Below are positions 1 to 10,632 of a stretch of 64,000 nt of DNA, in pieces. The stretch comes from Bdellovibrionales bacterium. GTDB lineage: Bacteria > Bdellovibrionota > Bdellovibrionia > Bdellovibrionales > JAGQZY01. The translations under genes and the position numbers were made by a program. Numbering within the stretch: the stretch's first letter is position 1; every line of letters begins with the position of its first letter. Location: NCBI GenBank assembly GCA_964230645.1, contig CAXRHT010000002.1, positions 160,001-224,000 on the forward strand. The letters run 5' to 3'. A model generated the notes under the pieces. That model was given only the letters and a program-made list of their open reading frames with translations. It did not search any database and was not told the DNA's origin.

Positions 1-2139
1 AGTTTCGGTCTCAATCCTTCGGGAAAACAGCTTTGCACGACAATGTTTTCTTCAAACGAAATCCTTGATGGAAGCGATGGCAAGGGGAGACTGTGCGGGG
101 CCGTTAGTAGCAATGAGTGTTCTCGCTGGCTGACCTGGGGTGAAATTTTAGCCTCCAGCACCCACCTTTCAGGAGAGACTGATAGCTGCTCGCCCGATTC
201 TAGCTTTCAGCCAGTGAACTTGACCTATGTGACCGAAAACCACCTTACAAATAGCCTTGGATTTTTTGGCCCCTTCTCCAGTGCTCCTGAACAAGGGCTC
301 GTCTCCGTTTTTAATTTCAATCAAGGGGAATTGACTTGGAAAATTGACGATCACGTGAGGCTTCCTCAGGGTGTGGATCTTTTTGTTCTTCCCAATGGAG
401 AGGACTTTAATGACGACGCTATTCGAGCTCCCAATTCAGACGGTATTCTCTGTGAGAAGCTCACTTCAAACGGTTTTCAATTTGTTAGGAATCTACCCGC
501 CAATCCTGGTCAAATTTCTCGCAGTTCCATCAGTTTGCAAGCCGATACGGGATACCCAGTGGTCGCTTTGTGTTTGAAAAAAAGTGCCACGGAATATTAC
601 AAGACGGCTTTGATGCCTTATGAAAGAGGAGAGTATCAGGGAGGCGAGCCTACAAGACTAAGAATTTCAAAAGTTGGAGCCTTTGATGGAGGTACTGGAC
701 AAACCTACGCTGATGTCTGCACCCCTTTATTAGTTGAAGCTCTCGATGAGGAGGGGGCTCTCGCTCATCTTCACCAGGACCTCAATCTTCAAATAGACTC
801 GACTGGGGATATGAATGAAGTCTTTTTCCTCAATCAAGCCGATTGCGAGGCGGAAGATAATGCTCACAGTGCCGGTTCGTCTTGGACCGTTTCTAAAGCC
901 AAAAAACTGATTTGGCTGAGAAGCACATCCTCTGCCGATTATTCATTAACGGTTCATGAACCTGAGGGCGCAGGGGAGATTGCAAGCGGAAGTGTTACTT
1001 TCTCAAATTTGCTAGCAGACCTCCCTCTGTCGTCGATTAAACTCTCCGCTGATTTTAATCGAAATCCTGCCCTGGAAATAGCGGTTACAGAAGAGTGTGT
1101 TCCTTTCTTGATCTCCGCCCACGGGTCTAATGGAGAGCTCACCAATTTCGATGTTAGCACCACAGCGAACCTTCATGCAGTCCAAGACTCTAACAGCAAT
1201 CTTGTTCCCTTTTATGCCAGCAGTGGCGACTGCCAAAACGAATTCCCCACAATAGGAAACGTCTTCCCTTTACCCGATGGGGAGAGCATGGTGCGAGTTT
1301 ATCTTAGAGGGACAGATCTTACGGCTGGGCAGCATATCCCTCAGGCTTTAACTTCCAGCAATGTTGCAGTAAGTGGCTCTTCTTATATTGGTGTAGTCAA
1401 TCCAGGCCCTTTTCATCACTATCACGCTCAAGCCCACGGTAGCTCTGAGGCTGGATCTTGTCGACGCATCCAAGTGGGTGCTTACGACAACCATAAACCT
1501 AACAGTTATCCTGTTTATTTTCCCGCGAGTGAGAGTATCTCTGTCAGTGACAGCAGTTCTGGTGTGGGTCATTTTTTCATGAGCAATCTTGATATCGATC
1601 ACTCATCCGGCTATCCCTGTGATTACGATTACGCAAACTCTGAGGCCTTATCTCTTGAGGCTTTAGAAACTGACCTCAATTCCAATATCATTGGCGAAAC
1701 AGCCGCTATTTTTTATTACCAACCCATCACCTATGGCACAAGTAACGAGCTGACTCTAAATTTTGAACATGGAGACTCTCAGTATTTGAGTGTACAGAAT
1801 ACCCAGCCCACAAGCCCTTTTTTGCAGATCATCGAAGGGCCAAGCTTTGAATTTGACGATCAGTCGGGAATGATCGAGCCCGTTCATATGTTTACAGTTG
1901 TAAACCTCGGTCAGGGGACCACGACGGTTACAAGTGCTCAAGCCTTTCCTCCTTCCCAGTTCACTGCCAGCAATTTCTGTACTGGTTTGGGGCCCGGAGA
2001 CGATTGTAACATTAGCGTCACTATGGAAGATGACGGATTCGACAACGTCACTTATGACGGCTACCTTCGAGTCACCTACAGTGTTGGCGGCGAGGATCGA
2101 GTAAGTCATGTCAATCTCAAAGGGCGGCGGCTTCCATAA
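1..2139 (+). CDS. Large secreted/surface protein, 5'-truncated; repeated Ig-like units and a C-terminal ASH/choice-of-anchor-D-like domain
   Basis: Frame open from base 1; three similar Cys-containing units (DVCTPLLVEA, EECVPFLISA, GSCRRIQVGA); C-terminal FTVVNLG...CTGLGPGDDCNISVT. Confidence 0.55.
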   Translation, partial: SFGLNPSGKQLCTTMFSSNEILDGSDGKGRLCGAVSSNECSRWLTWGEILASSTHLSGETDSCSPDSSFQPVNLTYVTENHLTNSLGFFGPFSSAPEQGLVSVFNFNQGELTWKIDDHVRLPQGVDLFVLPNGEDFNDDAIRAPNSDGILCEKLTSNGFQFVRNLPANPGQISRSSISLQADTGYPVVALCLKKSATEYYKTALMPYERGEYQGGEPTRLRISKVGAFDGGTGQTYADVCTPLLVEALDEEGALAHLHQDLNLQIDSTGDMNEVFFLNQADCEAEDNAHSAGSSWTVSKAKKLIWLRSTSSADYSLTVHEPEGAGEIASGSVTFSNLLADLPLSSIKLSADFNRNPALEIAVTEECVPFLISAHGSNGELTNFDVSTTANLHAVQDSNSNLVPFYASSGDCQNEFPTIGNVFPLPDGESMVRVYLRGTDLTAGQHIPQALTSSNVAVSGSSYIGVVNPGPFHHYHAQAHGSSEAGSCRRIQVGAYDNHKPNSYPVYFPASESISVSDSSSGVGHFFMSNLDIDHSSGYPCDYDYANSEALSLEALETDLNSNIIGETAAIFYYQPITYGTSNELTLNFEHGDSQYLSVQNTQPTSPFLQIIEGPSFEFDDQSGMIEPVHMFTVVNLGQGTTTVTSAQAFPPSQFTASNFCTGLGPGDDCNISVTMEDDGFDNVTYDGYLRVTYSVGGEDRVSHVNLKGRRLP

Positions 2140-2288
2140 TTTTTCCTTATGAAGCCTGTTTAATTTGATTCATAAGATCGGCTCCCTAAGGGGTAAGCCG
2201 TGGTTTTTTCCTTGCAAACAATAAGTTCTTTTTATTAAGGTGTGCGCTCACGATGACGCTATATTTCTCTTAGCGCGGGAGGCTCACT

Positions 2289-3401
2289 ATGGTTTTTGAA
2301 AATATTCAGAAATGCGGAAATCACGAACAGGTTATTTTTTGTCATGACAAAGCCACAGGCTTAAAAGGAATCATTGCCATCCATAATACCACTCTCGGCC
2401 CTGCTCTCGGGGGAACTCGTATGTGGAACTATAAAAATGAAGAAGAAGCCCTTGTCGACGTTTTAAGGCTCTCTGAGGGGATGACCTATAAAGCCGCCGC
2501 AGCAGGCCTCAACCTCGGTGGCGGGAAAGCCGTGATTATTGGAGACCCTAAAAAAGACAAATCAGAGGGTATGTTCCGAGCCTTCGGTATGTATATTAAC
2601 GCTCTAAATGGTCGCTACATCACGGCCGAAGACGTCGGAACCACAGTCAAAGATATGGAACATATCTATATGGAAACATCTTGGGTGACTGGAATTCCTA
2701 AAGGGCTTGGGGGATCTGGAGATCCTTCTCCCTATACGGCTCACGGAGTTTGTATGGGTATTAAAGCGGCCTGTAAAGAAAAGCTGGGCTCAGATAACCT
2801 CAGCGGAATTAAGATTGCCGTACAAGGTCTTGGTAATGTGGGCTCTAATCTCCTCAACTACTTAAGTGAGGAAGGGGCTGAACTCGTAATTGCTGACATC
2901 GATAAAGAAAAAGTGGAGCAATTGGCTGAAAAATACGGAACCGAAGTGGCTGACCCAGATAGAATCCATGCCGCTGAGTGTGATGTATTCGCTCCCTGTG
3001 CTCTTGGAGCCATCATAAATGACAAAACAATCCCTGAGCTAAAATGTAAGATTGTTGCCGGTGGGGCCAATAATATTTTGGCTGAAACTCGTCATGCGGA
3101 TGCCTTAAGAGAGGTCGGGATTCTCTATGCCCCTGATTTTGTTGCTAACGCAGGGGGCCTTATGAATGTTTTCGCTGAGCTTGAAGGCTACTCCGTGGAA
3201 AGAGCCCTTGAGAGAACCACTTCTGTTTATGAAAACATGACGAAAGTCTTTACAGTGGCCAAAAGAGACAATTGCTCGACTTATGATGCGGCATTTAAGA
3301 TGGCGGGTGAGCGCTTAAACATTATTGGTGACCTTAAGCGTAAACATCAGGGGGGGACTTCAAGGCCCTTCACCACTCTAAAAGAGGTTTACAACCGCTA
3401 G
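2289..3401 (+). CDS. ldh: Leucine dehydrogenase (Glu/Leu/Phe/Val dehydrogenase family)
   Basis: [46 protein letters not shown]. Confidence 0.93.
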   Translation: MVFENIQKCGNHEQVIFCHDKATGLKGIIAIHNTTLGPALGGTRMWNYKNEEEALVDVLRLSEGMTYKAAAAGLNLGGGKAVIIGDPKKDKSEGMFRAFGMYINALNGRYITAEDVGTTVKDMEHIYMETSWVTGIPKGLGGSGDPSPYTAHGVCMGIKAACKEKLGSDNLSGIKIAVQGLGNVGSNLLNYLSEEGAELVIADIDKEKVEQLAEKYGTEVADPDRIHAAECDVFAPCALGAIINDKTIPELKCKIVAGGANNILAETRHADALREVGILYAPDFVANAGGLMNVFAELEGYSVERALERTTSVYENMTKVFTVAKRDNCSTYDAAFKMAGERLNIIGDLKRKHQGGTSRPFTTLKEVYNR

Positions 3402-3440
3402 GTTTACTGGTTTTCTGTAAACTTCAATAAGGAGTGCTAA

Positions 3441-4292
3441 GTGAGCGAAGACAAAAAAGAATTCGACTCCCTGGAGTTCGTTTCACAAGTTGGCCAAGTC
3501 ATCGAGAAAAATTTTAAATGGGTTCTAGGACTCTTTGTTGCCATTGTGGTGGCAAGCAGTGTCTGGGCCTATATGGATAGTGCTGAAGAGGCCAACCAAA
3601 GGGAAGCCTTTGCAGAACTTTTTAAGATCACAAAAATCTACGATGAAAAAATGGCCGAGTTTGAAGAGGCTAAAATAGCCAAAGAAGACAAGGCCAATAA
3701 AGAAACTCCCGAAGAAAAAGAAAAAGTCGCTGAGGCTCCCGGAGTTGAAGCCACCGGGGTTTTAGAAAAAGACTTCCCCGAAGTGGTGCCAAAGCTTGAA
3801 GCTTTTATTGATGAGCATCTTGGTACTAAAGCCTCAGGTGAAGCCGCTCTGACTCTTTCAGAAATTTACGCCGAGTATGACCAGTATGATAAAGCCGTCG
3901 CTGCTCTTAAAAAGACCATTGATAACTGGGGCAGTGAAGACCTTCTTTATAATGTGATGCAAATGAGAGCCGGAGATCTGCTGGCCAGCCAAAATCAATG
4001 TGAAAAAGCTTTGAGTTTTTGGGAGCCTATTTCTGAGAGTTCAAGTTTTATCTCCTCTCAAGCGAAACTCAAAAGAGGTGTTTGTTTGCAAGAAGTGGGT
4101 CGTTTAGAAGAAGCGAAAAATGTTTTTCAAGAAATCAAAGACTCCACCGGTCAAGATGAGCGCGGAATGAACCCCGAGGCTTTCAGTGCCACGCGCTACT
4201 TGCGTTATATCCAATTCAAAATGAAGAACTCCGACATACCTCCTTCAGGGAAAGCTCAACAAAATGAAAAGGATAGTGAAAAAGCCTCATGA
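3441..4292 (+). CDS. yfgM: YfgM-like membrane-anchored TPR protein
   Basis: N-terminal TM then TPR-like helices; directly upstream of the bamB-like gene. Confidence 0.7.
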   Translation: MSEDKKEFDSLEFVSQVGQVIEKNFKWVLGLFVAIVVASSVWAYMDSAEEANQREAFAELFKITKIYDEKMAEFEEAKIAKEDKANKETPEEKEKVAEAPGVEATGVLEKDFPEVVPKLEAFIDEHLGTKASGEAALTLSEIYAEYDQYDKAVAALKKTIDNWGSEDLLYNVMQMRAGDLLASQNQCEKALSFWEPISESSSFISSQAKLKRGVCLQEVGRLEEAKNVFQEIKDSTGQDERGMNPEAFSATRYLRYIQFKMKNSDIPPSGKAQQNEKDSEKAS

Positions 4293-5407
4293 TATGGTTT
4301 TTAAGTGCTTTCCTTTCATTTTCAACCCTCACAGCGTACGGGCAACCTGATTTCGAAAGACAGTGGTCTCGCTCCACTCTGGCCTCCACTCATTTAGGCT
4401 TTAGGTACCTCAACCGCATGTCGCCCCTTGTGGCTGCTGACCTTGTGGTGCAAGGCAATGCTGTCGACAGTATCTCCGCCTATAACCGTAAGACAGGGCA
4501 TCAGCAGTGGGTGCTAACCTTCAAAGATGGTGTTGAAGGCGGAGCCACTCTCGATGAAAATCGTCTTTATTTTGGTTCAAACAATGGAAACTTCTACTGT
4601 GTGGATGTTTTATCTGGGAGAATTCTCTGGCAGTTTGAACTTAACTCCGAGTCTCTCACTCGCCCCACAGTCCAAGGCCCAGCGGTGTACCATGTGACCG
4701 GTAATAACACTCTCTACGCTTTAAATAAAAAAACCGGGGAAACCATTTGGGTAAAAACGAATTCCGCCAAATCCAATATGACCGTGCGTGGTCAAACCCA
4801 ACCCGTTTACGACAAAGGTCTTCTCTACGTTGGCTTTAGTGACGGAAACTTCGCAGCCTTCAACGCTCAAAACGGACGCCAACTCTGGAGCAAAAGAATT
4901 GGGGATGATAAAAAATTTAACGATGTCGATGCCAAGGCGGTCCTTGCAGGGGACTGTCTTCTGGTTTCAAGTTATGCCAATGCCCTTTACTGCCTAGACC
5001 CTAATAACGGAACCATTAGTTGGCGCCATGAAGAGGGAGGCTATTTCCCAGTCACTGTTGATGGAGACCGAATTTTCTATCCCACAGTTTCAGGAGAGAT
5101 TCATTTACTTGATGTGGGTTCAGGAAAACTTTTAAAGAAGGTTATTAACATTAAGGGTCTTCCTACTGAGGTCGTAAGCTTTGATAACTATATCGCTTAC
5201 GGGGAAAGTCAGGGGGCCATCGTTGTGCGTGATAAATCCACACTTTCAAAAGTGGCCGACTATCAAACAGGGCTTGGTATTTTTGCTAAACCGACCATTG
5301 AACCTGAAACCGGCCATGTTTTTGTCATGAGTAACGATGCGAACCTTTACCGTTTGGATTTTACAGACAAGGTTTCAAATGCCTTTCTATGGAGTCGAAA
5401 AAACTAA
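4289..5407 (+). CDS. bamB: BamB-like PQQ-repeat beta-propeller
   Basis: Repeated A(L/F)xxxxG..W PQQ motifs, signal peptide, yfgM context. Confidence 0.75.
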   Translation: MIWFLSAFLSFSTLTAYGQPDFERQWSRSTLASTHLGFRYLNRMSPLVAADLVVQGNAVDSISAYNRKTGHQQWVLTFKDGVEGGATLDENRLYFGSNNGNFYCVDVLSGRILWQFELNSESLTRPTVQGPAVYHVTGNNTLYALNKKTGETIWVKTNSAKSNMTVRGQTQPVYDKGLLYVGFSDGNFAAFNAQNGRQLWSKRIGDDKKFNDVDAKAVLAGDCLLVSSYANALYCLDPNNGTISWRHEEGGYFPVTVDGDRIFYPTVSGEIHLLDVGSGKLLKKVINIKGLPTEVVSFDNYIAYGESQGAIVVRDKSTLSKVADYQTGLGIFAKPTIEPETGHVFVMSNDANLYRLDFTDKVSNAFLWSRKN

Positions 5408-5811
5408 TGAAATTTAAGTCTTCACTCAAATTTATTTTATGGTCCTGCACTCTGATTATTGTGGCTTGTTCAACCGGGCATTGCCGAAGAGGGGAGAAGG
5501 ACGTTTTAAAGCCTCTTGATCCAAAACCTCCCACCGGATACGAAGAAGAAGACCTCGGCAGTATTTTTGTGGGAAAATCCGATGGCAGCCTTCAGTGTGG
5601 AATGCGTGAAGGGATCCCACTTAAAGAGATGGCCAAAAACGATCTCCCCGACGTAAAGATTCTCTCCTCAGAGAAAAAAAACGATGGCCTAATGAGGATT
5701 CAATCCTGTGGGGCTGCAACAGGTATGCTTAATGTCTACGAGATCAAACACCAAGATCTGATGAAAGCTCAAAGAAACGGCTTCACCGTCATTAAAAAGA
5801 AAGAAAAATAA
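5407..5811 (+). CDS. Hypothetical lipoprotein
   Basis: Lipobox IVAC; ATG overlaps the bamB stop (TAATG); DGSLQC and CGAATG Cys pair. Confidence 0.7.
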   Translation: MKFKSSLKFILWSCTLIIVACSTGHCRRGEKDVLKPLDPKPPTGYEEEDLGSIFVGKSDGSLQCGMREGIPLKEMAKNDLPDVKILSSEKKNDGLMRIQSCGAATGMLNVYEIKHQDLMKAQRNGFTVIKKKEK

Positions 5812-5931
5812 GTTTTTAGAAGGCCAGAGACGCCTTTCAAGAAAATCAGTGTGTCCAAATCCTTAAAAAGGCTCGACCTCTATCCAGCATAGACTGTTCT
5901 TTGCTTTTAAGCCAATGATAGAATTTTCTTT

Positions 5932-7248
5932 ATGGGGCGATTAGAAAACTTTATTCCAAAACTCGTAAAAAATACCAAAATCACCGGAGGCGGCGGAGTT
6001 TCCATTCTGCAAATTCCAGGTGAGGATTCCATTCCTGTGGAAGACGAAGTGACCCCCTTCATCAAGCAGATCAATGGTCATATGTCCTTGCGAGAGATTT
6101 TTCTCTTTCTTAATGAAAAAGGTATGACCTTCAGTATTGACAAGTCGCTCACCATGCTTCGCCATTTAGCAAGCCTTAAAATCTTGATGAATTCCGAGGA
6201 CTTTTACGAAATTCTTAATGGATCTGTGGCGGGAAGAGTGCATCACCCGCAATCCAGCCGTTGGGATGAGAGTTATTTTTCCAATGAGCGTCTCATCGCT
6301 CTTATTCAAAAAACCACCCTGTTTTTAAAGTGTGATCGCTCGGTCGCTCAAAACATCGTGGACGTTTCGGAATTGATCCATGTGGAAGAGGGTGAAAAAC
6401 TAATCAAAGAAGGTACTAAAAGTGAGGACTTTTTTGTTCTCCTTTCAGGGGAAGTGGGTGTTTTTAAAGATAAAGACTTTTTAGCCAGTCTTTCTCCCTT
6501 AGCTGTCTTCGGGGAGAGTGCCGCGATTTTCAACAAGGTTCGCAATGCCGATGTTTTAGCGAGCGAGCCCTCATGGCTTTTAAAAATTAAAGCCCCAAAG
6601 ATCGTGGATACATCGAGCCCTGAGTCTTTTGAAGCTTTCAAAGGACTTAAGTCTCGTCTTATTCTTAACCAGACTCTTGCTGCCAATCCACTTTTTCGAA
6701 GTCTCCCCACGGATGTTATGCAGTTTTTTATTTCCAAATGTCGCATTGAAAAGTACGGACGTGAACAGCTTGTAATTGAGCAAGGCGAGCGCAGTGGTGA
6801 CTTTTACTTTGTCTTGCAAGGTTCTGTTTCCATTATTAAAGACTCAATGCCTGTGACAAGTCTCGGTGAGGGCAATCATTTTGGTGAAGTGGCGGCCATG
6901 TTCAATCAGCCTCGCACAGCCAGTGTTCTCACAGAGACAGCCTGCACTTTTTTGGTCCTCAATCAAAAAGCCCTTTTTGAAGTTCTCGCTAGCCACTTTC
7001 GCTTGGCTATTGATATTGAAAAAACAGCCAGGAGGCGACGCAACTCAAAAGGGAATCTTCTACAGATCTTCGAAGAGGACTACGAGCCTGAGGAGACAAC
7101 AGTGGTTTCGGCCGAAGAGCTGAGCCAATCCAATATCGCCGTCGATGAGGATTTCTTAGAGGCCTCTCAGAGCAATTTTGAGCTCGAACTGGTGGATTTC
7201 TCTAAAGAAGGCCATGACGACCCTCCCACTGATGAAGACGCTTCATAG
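5932..7248 (+). CDS. Tandem cyclic-nucleotide-binding domain protein with N-terminal wHTH/PqqD-like domain and acidic tail
   Basis: Two CNB cassettes FGESA...RNADV and FGEVA...RTASV. Confidence 0.85.
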   Translation: MGRLENFIPKLVKNTKITGGGGVSILQIPGEDSIPVEDEVTPFIKQINGHMSLREIFLFLNEKGMTFSIDKSLTMLRHLASLKILMNSEDFYEILNGSVAGRVHHPQSSRWDESYFSNERLIALIQKTTLFLKCDRSVAQNIVDVSELIHVEEGEKLIKEGTKSEDFFVLLSGEVGVFKDKDFLASLSPLAVFGESAAIFNKVRNADVLASEPSWLLKIKAPKIVDTSSPESFEAFKGLKSRLILNQTLAANPLFRSLPTDVMQFFISKCRIEKYGREQLVIEQGERSGDFYFVLQGSVSIIKDSMPVTSLGEGNHFGEVAAMFNQPRTASVLTETACTFLVLNQKALFEVLASHFRLAIDIEKTARRRRNSKGNLLQIFEEDYEPEETTVVSAEELSQSNIAVDEDFLEASQSNFELELVDFSKEGHDDPPTDEDAS

Positions 7249-7317
7249 CAAGGCCCTCTAGCCACCCTTTTGCAGCAGTGATAAGCTCTTATCCATTATA
7301 GAAATGTGAGGTTATCT

Positions 7318-8730
7318 ATGGCAGGAATTAATTTTAATAAGCAGGTGGAAGAGAACTTTCAAGCCGCGAGTCAATATTTAGATTTGAGCGAAGACTTACT
7401 CAATCAAATCAAAGAAAATAACACCATTGTTCATTTTAAATTTCCCATCAGAAGGGATGACGGGCGCATTGAAGTGATTGAGGCCTGGAGAGCCCAGCAC
7501 TCCCACCATCGTAAACCCTGTAAGGGAGGAATCCGCTTTGCTGAGATCGCCAATGAAGATGAGGTTAAAGCTCTAGCAGCACTGATGACCTACAAATGTG
7601 CCATCGTTGAGGTTCCCTTCGGAGGAGCCAAGGGTGCGGTTAAAATAGACTCTAAAAAATATTCCATGGCTGAAAGAGAGAGAATCTGCCGACGCCTGAC
7701 CTTTGAACTTCACAATAAAAACTTTATTGGTCCTGGTATTGATGTTCCTGCTCCTGACTATGGCTCAGGAGAGCAAGAAATGGCCTGGATCTCTGATACT
7801 TATAGTTCTCTTACCCATGAACTCAATGCCCCGGCCTGTGTGACAGGAAAACCGGTTGCTATGGGTGGAGTCAGAGGCCGAACGGAAGCCACGGGAATGG
7901 GTGTGGCATTTGGATTAAGGGAGATTTGTAAAAATCAAAAACTCATGGACCAGGTGAGTCTCTCTGCTGACATCAATGGGAAAAGGGTCGCTATTCAAGG
8001 CTTTGGTAATGTGGGTTACCACACCGCTCGCTACCTTTCCGAAATGGGAGCCAAGGTGACTCATGTGTCTGAGTTTGAGGGCATGATCTCAAACCCTGAA
8101 GGACTCGATATAAAAGAGCTCAACGAATTCCGTAGTAAAAACGGAAGCTTTGCAAAATTCTCTAAAGGCGAGTTCACAGAAAAAAGAGACGATGTCTTTG
8201 GGGTGGACTGTGACATTCTTGTACCGGCCGCTTTAGAAAACCAAATTCGTGAAGACAACTACGACCAAATCAAAGCGGGAATCATTGGCGAGGCCGCCAA
8301 TGGTCCAGTGACTTCAGAGGCCAGCAAAAAGCTTTTTGAAAAAGGCAAAGTCATTGTGCCCGACATATACCTCAATGCCGGTGGTGTGACGGTTTCCTAT
8401 TTCGAGTGGGTTAAAAACCTAAGTCACATTCGCTTTGGAAGAATTGATAAACGCTTTGATGCTGGGCAGTTTCAAGATATGGCCTCGCTGTTGTCGGAAG
8501 TGACTGAAAAAGACATCAGCAAAAACCTCGTGGATAAATTCCAGCGCCAAGGTGATGAAGCTCAACTTGTGGCCTCAGGTCTTGAGGAAACAATGATTGA
8601 GGCCCTTCGCCAGATCATAGAAGTGATGGAAGAGCACGATTACAAAATGGATTTACGCACAGCTACCTTTGTCTTAGCTATAACAAAAGTGGCTAAATCC
8701 TATGAACTCGCTGGGATTTTTCCAGGCTAA
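7318..8730 (+). CDS. gdhA: NAD(P)-dependent glutamate dehydrogenase, GLUD-like
   Basis: KGGIRF, MTYKCA, GGAKG, DVPAPD, GFGNVG, SYFEW. Confidence 0.93.
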   Translation: MAGINFNKQVEENFQAASQYLDLSEDLLNQIKENNTIVHFKFPIRRDDGRIEVIEAWRAQHSHHRKPCKGGIRFAEIANEDEVKALAALMTYKCAIVEVPFGGAKGAVKIDSKKYSMAERERICRRLTFELHNKNFIGPGIDVPAPDYGSGEQEMAWISDTYSSLTHELNAPACVTGKPVAMGGVRGRTEATGMGVAFGLREICKNQKLMDQVSLSADINGKRVAIQGFGNVGYHTARYLSEMGAKVTHVSEFEGMISNPEGLDIKELNEFRSKNGSFAKFSKGEFTEKRDDVFGVDCDILVPAALENQIREDNYDQIKAGIIGEAANGPVTSEASKKLFEKGKVIVPDIYLNAGGVTVSYFEWVKNLSHIRFGRIDKRFDAGQFQDMASLLSEVTEKDISKNLVDKFQRQGDEAQLVASGLEETMIEALRQIIEVMEEHDYKMDLRTATFVLAITKVAKSYELAGIFPG

Positions 8731-8776
8731 ACTAGGCTGACTTGAGTCTAAAATCTGTCGTCTTGATTCTAAAATA

Positions 8777-8868
8777 TGTCGTCTTGAGCGAAGCGAAAGA
8801 CCTTAGATCCTTCGCTTCGCTCAGGACGACAAGTTTCGCTCAGGATGACAAGTTTCGCTCAGGATGAC
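8777..8868. repeat. REP-like palindrome cluster 1
   Basis: TGTCGTCTTGAGCGAAGCGAAAGACCT / AGATCCTTCGCTTCGCTCAGGACGACA plus two tandem half-units. Confidence 0.9.
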
Positions 8869-8896
8869 CGGCTACTCAGGGAGCCCCTAGAGAGGG

Positions 8897-9619
8897 CTAC
8901 TGACGCAGTCTCAGACCGAGCATTTCTATAAACATGCTCAATCCATGGGTCACGAGTCGAACTTGTGAGCTCGTGGTTTCAGTCTTTCTTAATTGCACGG
9001 GAAGTTTGAAAATTTTAAGCTTTCGTTTCTTTGCTTTAAGTAAAAGCTCTAAATCAAATGAAAAGCCATTGTGGTGAACTTGGGTGAAAAGGCTTTTGGC
9101 GATCTCTTTTTTAAAAGCTTTAAGTCCACACTGGGTATCTCCATAGAGGGAACCAAACAAAAGTCTTACAAAAACTATGTAGGTGTAGCTAGCCCATTTT
9201 CTTCTTATGGAAATTTTTTGAAAATAGACCGAGTCTTTCTGTATCCGATCACCAATAACAATATCGGCTCCCTGCTGTAGCTTCTCAACCATCTCGTTTA
9301 AGTTTTTAATTTCAAAGGGTAAATCAATATCAGTGAATAAAATAAAATCCCCGCAGGCTTCTATCACCCCTCTCTTAACAGCGCCCCCTTTTCCTTGATG
9401 TTGATTAAGGGAGACGAGTTTAAAAAGTCTTGATTCTTTTTGAAGAGTCTTGAGGTGTTCGATTTCTTCCTGGCCGTCGGAGATCACAAGAAACTCCCAG
9501 TGGTAATCCTGATTCTTTTGAATCTCTTCGATGATGGGAAGGCTTTGCTCTAAAAGAGATGCGCCAAAGTAGCAAGGTAGAACAATACTAATTTTCAGGT
9601 GCTGTTTTTGAGAAGACAT
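8897..9619 (-). CDS. GT2 glycosyltransferase (dolichyl-phosphate glucosyltransferase-like)
   Basis: SIVLPC, GKGGAV, FTDID, DTQCGLK, FSFDLELL. Confidence 0.88.
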   Translation of the reverse strand: MSSQKQHLKISIVLPCYFGASLLEQSLPIIEEIQKNQDYHWEFLVISDGQEEIEHLKTLQKESRLFKLVSLNQHQGKGGAVKRGVIEACGDFILFTDIDLPFEIKNLNEMVEKLQQGADIVIGDRIQKDSVYFQKISIRRKWASYTYIVFVRLLFGSLYGDTQCGLKAFKKEIAKSLFTQVHHNGFSFDLELLLKAKKRKLKIFKLPVQLRKTETTSSQVRLVTHGLSMFIEMLGLRLRQ

Positions 9620-9639
9620 CTGATTATTGAATAATTCTC

Positions 9640-10521
9640 CTAATTTACAATTTTTCGTTCAGGAAGAAGTTCACCCGCGTTTACTTTCACTTCTAATTTT
9701 TTCTGCAGTCCCACTGGACAATGCCAGAACGGGGAGTGGGCACAAAAGAAATTCATACTGCGATTAAAGTCCAGAGTGATCTCTTGATTCTGATGAATTC
9801 CAGCGGGAGTTTCAATCACAAGCTCACGACCTCCAGCATAAGTCTCAACCCCAGCGCCTTCATCAGAGAACACAAGGGCAATATAAGTGATCTTTTCTCC
9901 CTTTTTTTGCCAATTGTAAGCGGGTAGGAAAAAATCTTTACCAAAGAGATGAAAGCTCACATTTCCCACTTGATTCACTTTCGTCGCGTCACCTTGAACG
10001 GTTTTATAACTTACGAAACGGGGAGGGTGAATTTTGAGTGAGCCCTTTACCACGGCCTGTGGATTAAAATCATAAAAACGAAAACCTGAAAATCTTTTGA
10101 TTTGATCGGGATCATAAAGATAGGTCCACATTTTTTGGGAACGCTTACCGAAAACAACCTCGGCGATCGCGCCGTTGGGAAGGGTGATTTTCTTTCGCCT
10201 TTTGTCTGGCTTGTCCACTAAATATCCAAGGGTTTTACCTCGCTTTTTGACTCGAATCTTTTTCCCTAAGTGCTCAGCATGAATGTAGAATTTGTCTGGT
10301 TTTTTCTTCACCCACTTGGTGTTGCCTCGGCTATCGGCGAGTATAAGGTAAAGCGATTCTCCTTTACCGGTTTGACTGAGAGCGTAGGCATTTAAAAAAG
10401 AAGTGGGTGAGGAGAGGGCCCGTTTGTAGTTCTCCTTTTTCCAGTCCTGCCAGTCGCTTTTATTAAAGGATTCCGCCCACGCAAAGCTCAGTATTAAAGA
10501 AAGAATCAAAGTCATTTTCAC
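9640..10521 (-). CDS. DUF1684 family secreted protein
   Basis: ETYAGGR, LDFNRSMNFFCAHSPFWHCP, AGE. Confidence 0.82.
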   Translation of the reverse strand: MKMTLILSLILSFAWAESFNKSDWQDWKKENYKRALSSPTSFLNAYALSQTGKGESLYLILADSRGNTKWVKKKPDKFYIHAEHLGKKIRVKKRGKTLGYLVDKPDKRRKKITLPNGAIAEVVFGKRSQKMWTYLYDPDQIKRFSGFRFYDFNPQAVVKGSLKIHPPRFVSYKTVQGDATKVNQVGNVSFHLFGKDFFLPAYNWQKKGEKITYIALVFSDEGAGVETYAGGRELVIETPAGIHQNQEITLDFNRSMNFFCAHSPFWHCPVGLQKKLEVKVNAGELLPERKIVN

Positions 10522-10632
10522 CCCTTAAAAAAGCTCTCTTTGTGGGTTTTCCCAAGGCCGAGCTTGCAGGCCCATCTTCCTTTATGCATGATAGAAGATC
10601 AACAGTCATAAAACAATGTTTGAGGGACTCTA

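Noticed and set aside
2201..2216. GG-N10-GC upstream of ldh as a sigma54 promoter
   Set aside because: Lacks CAC after GG and fits a sigma70 -35 (TTGCAA) equally well
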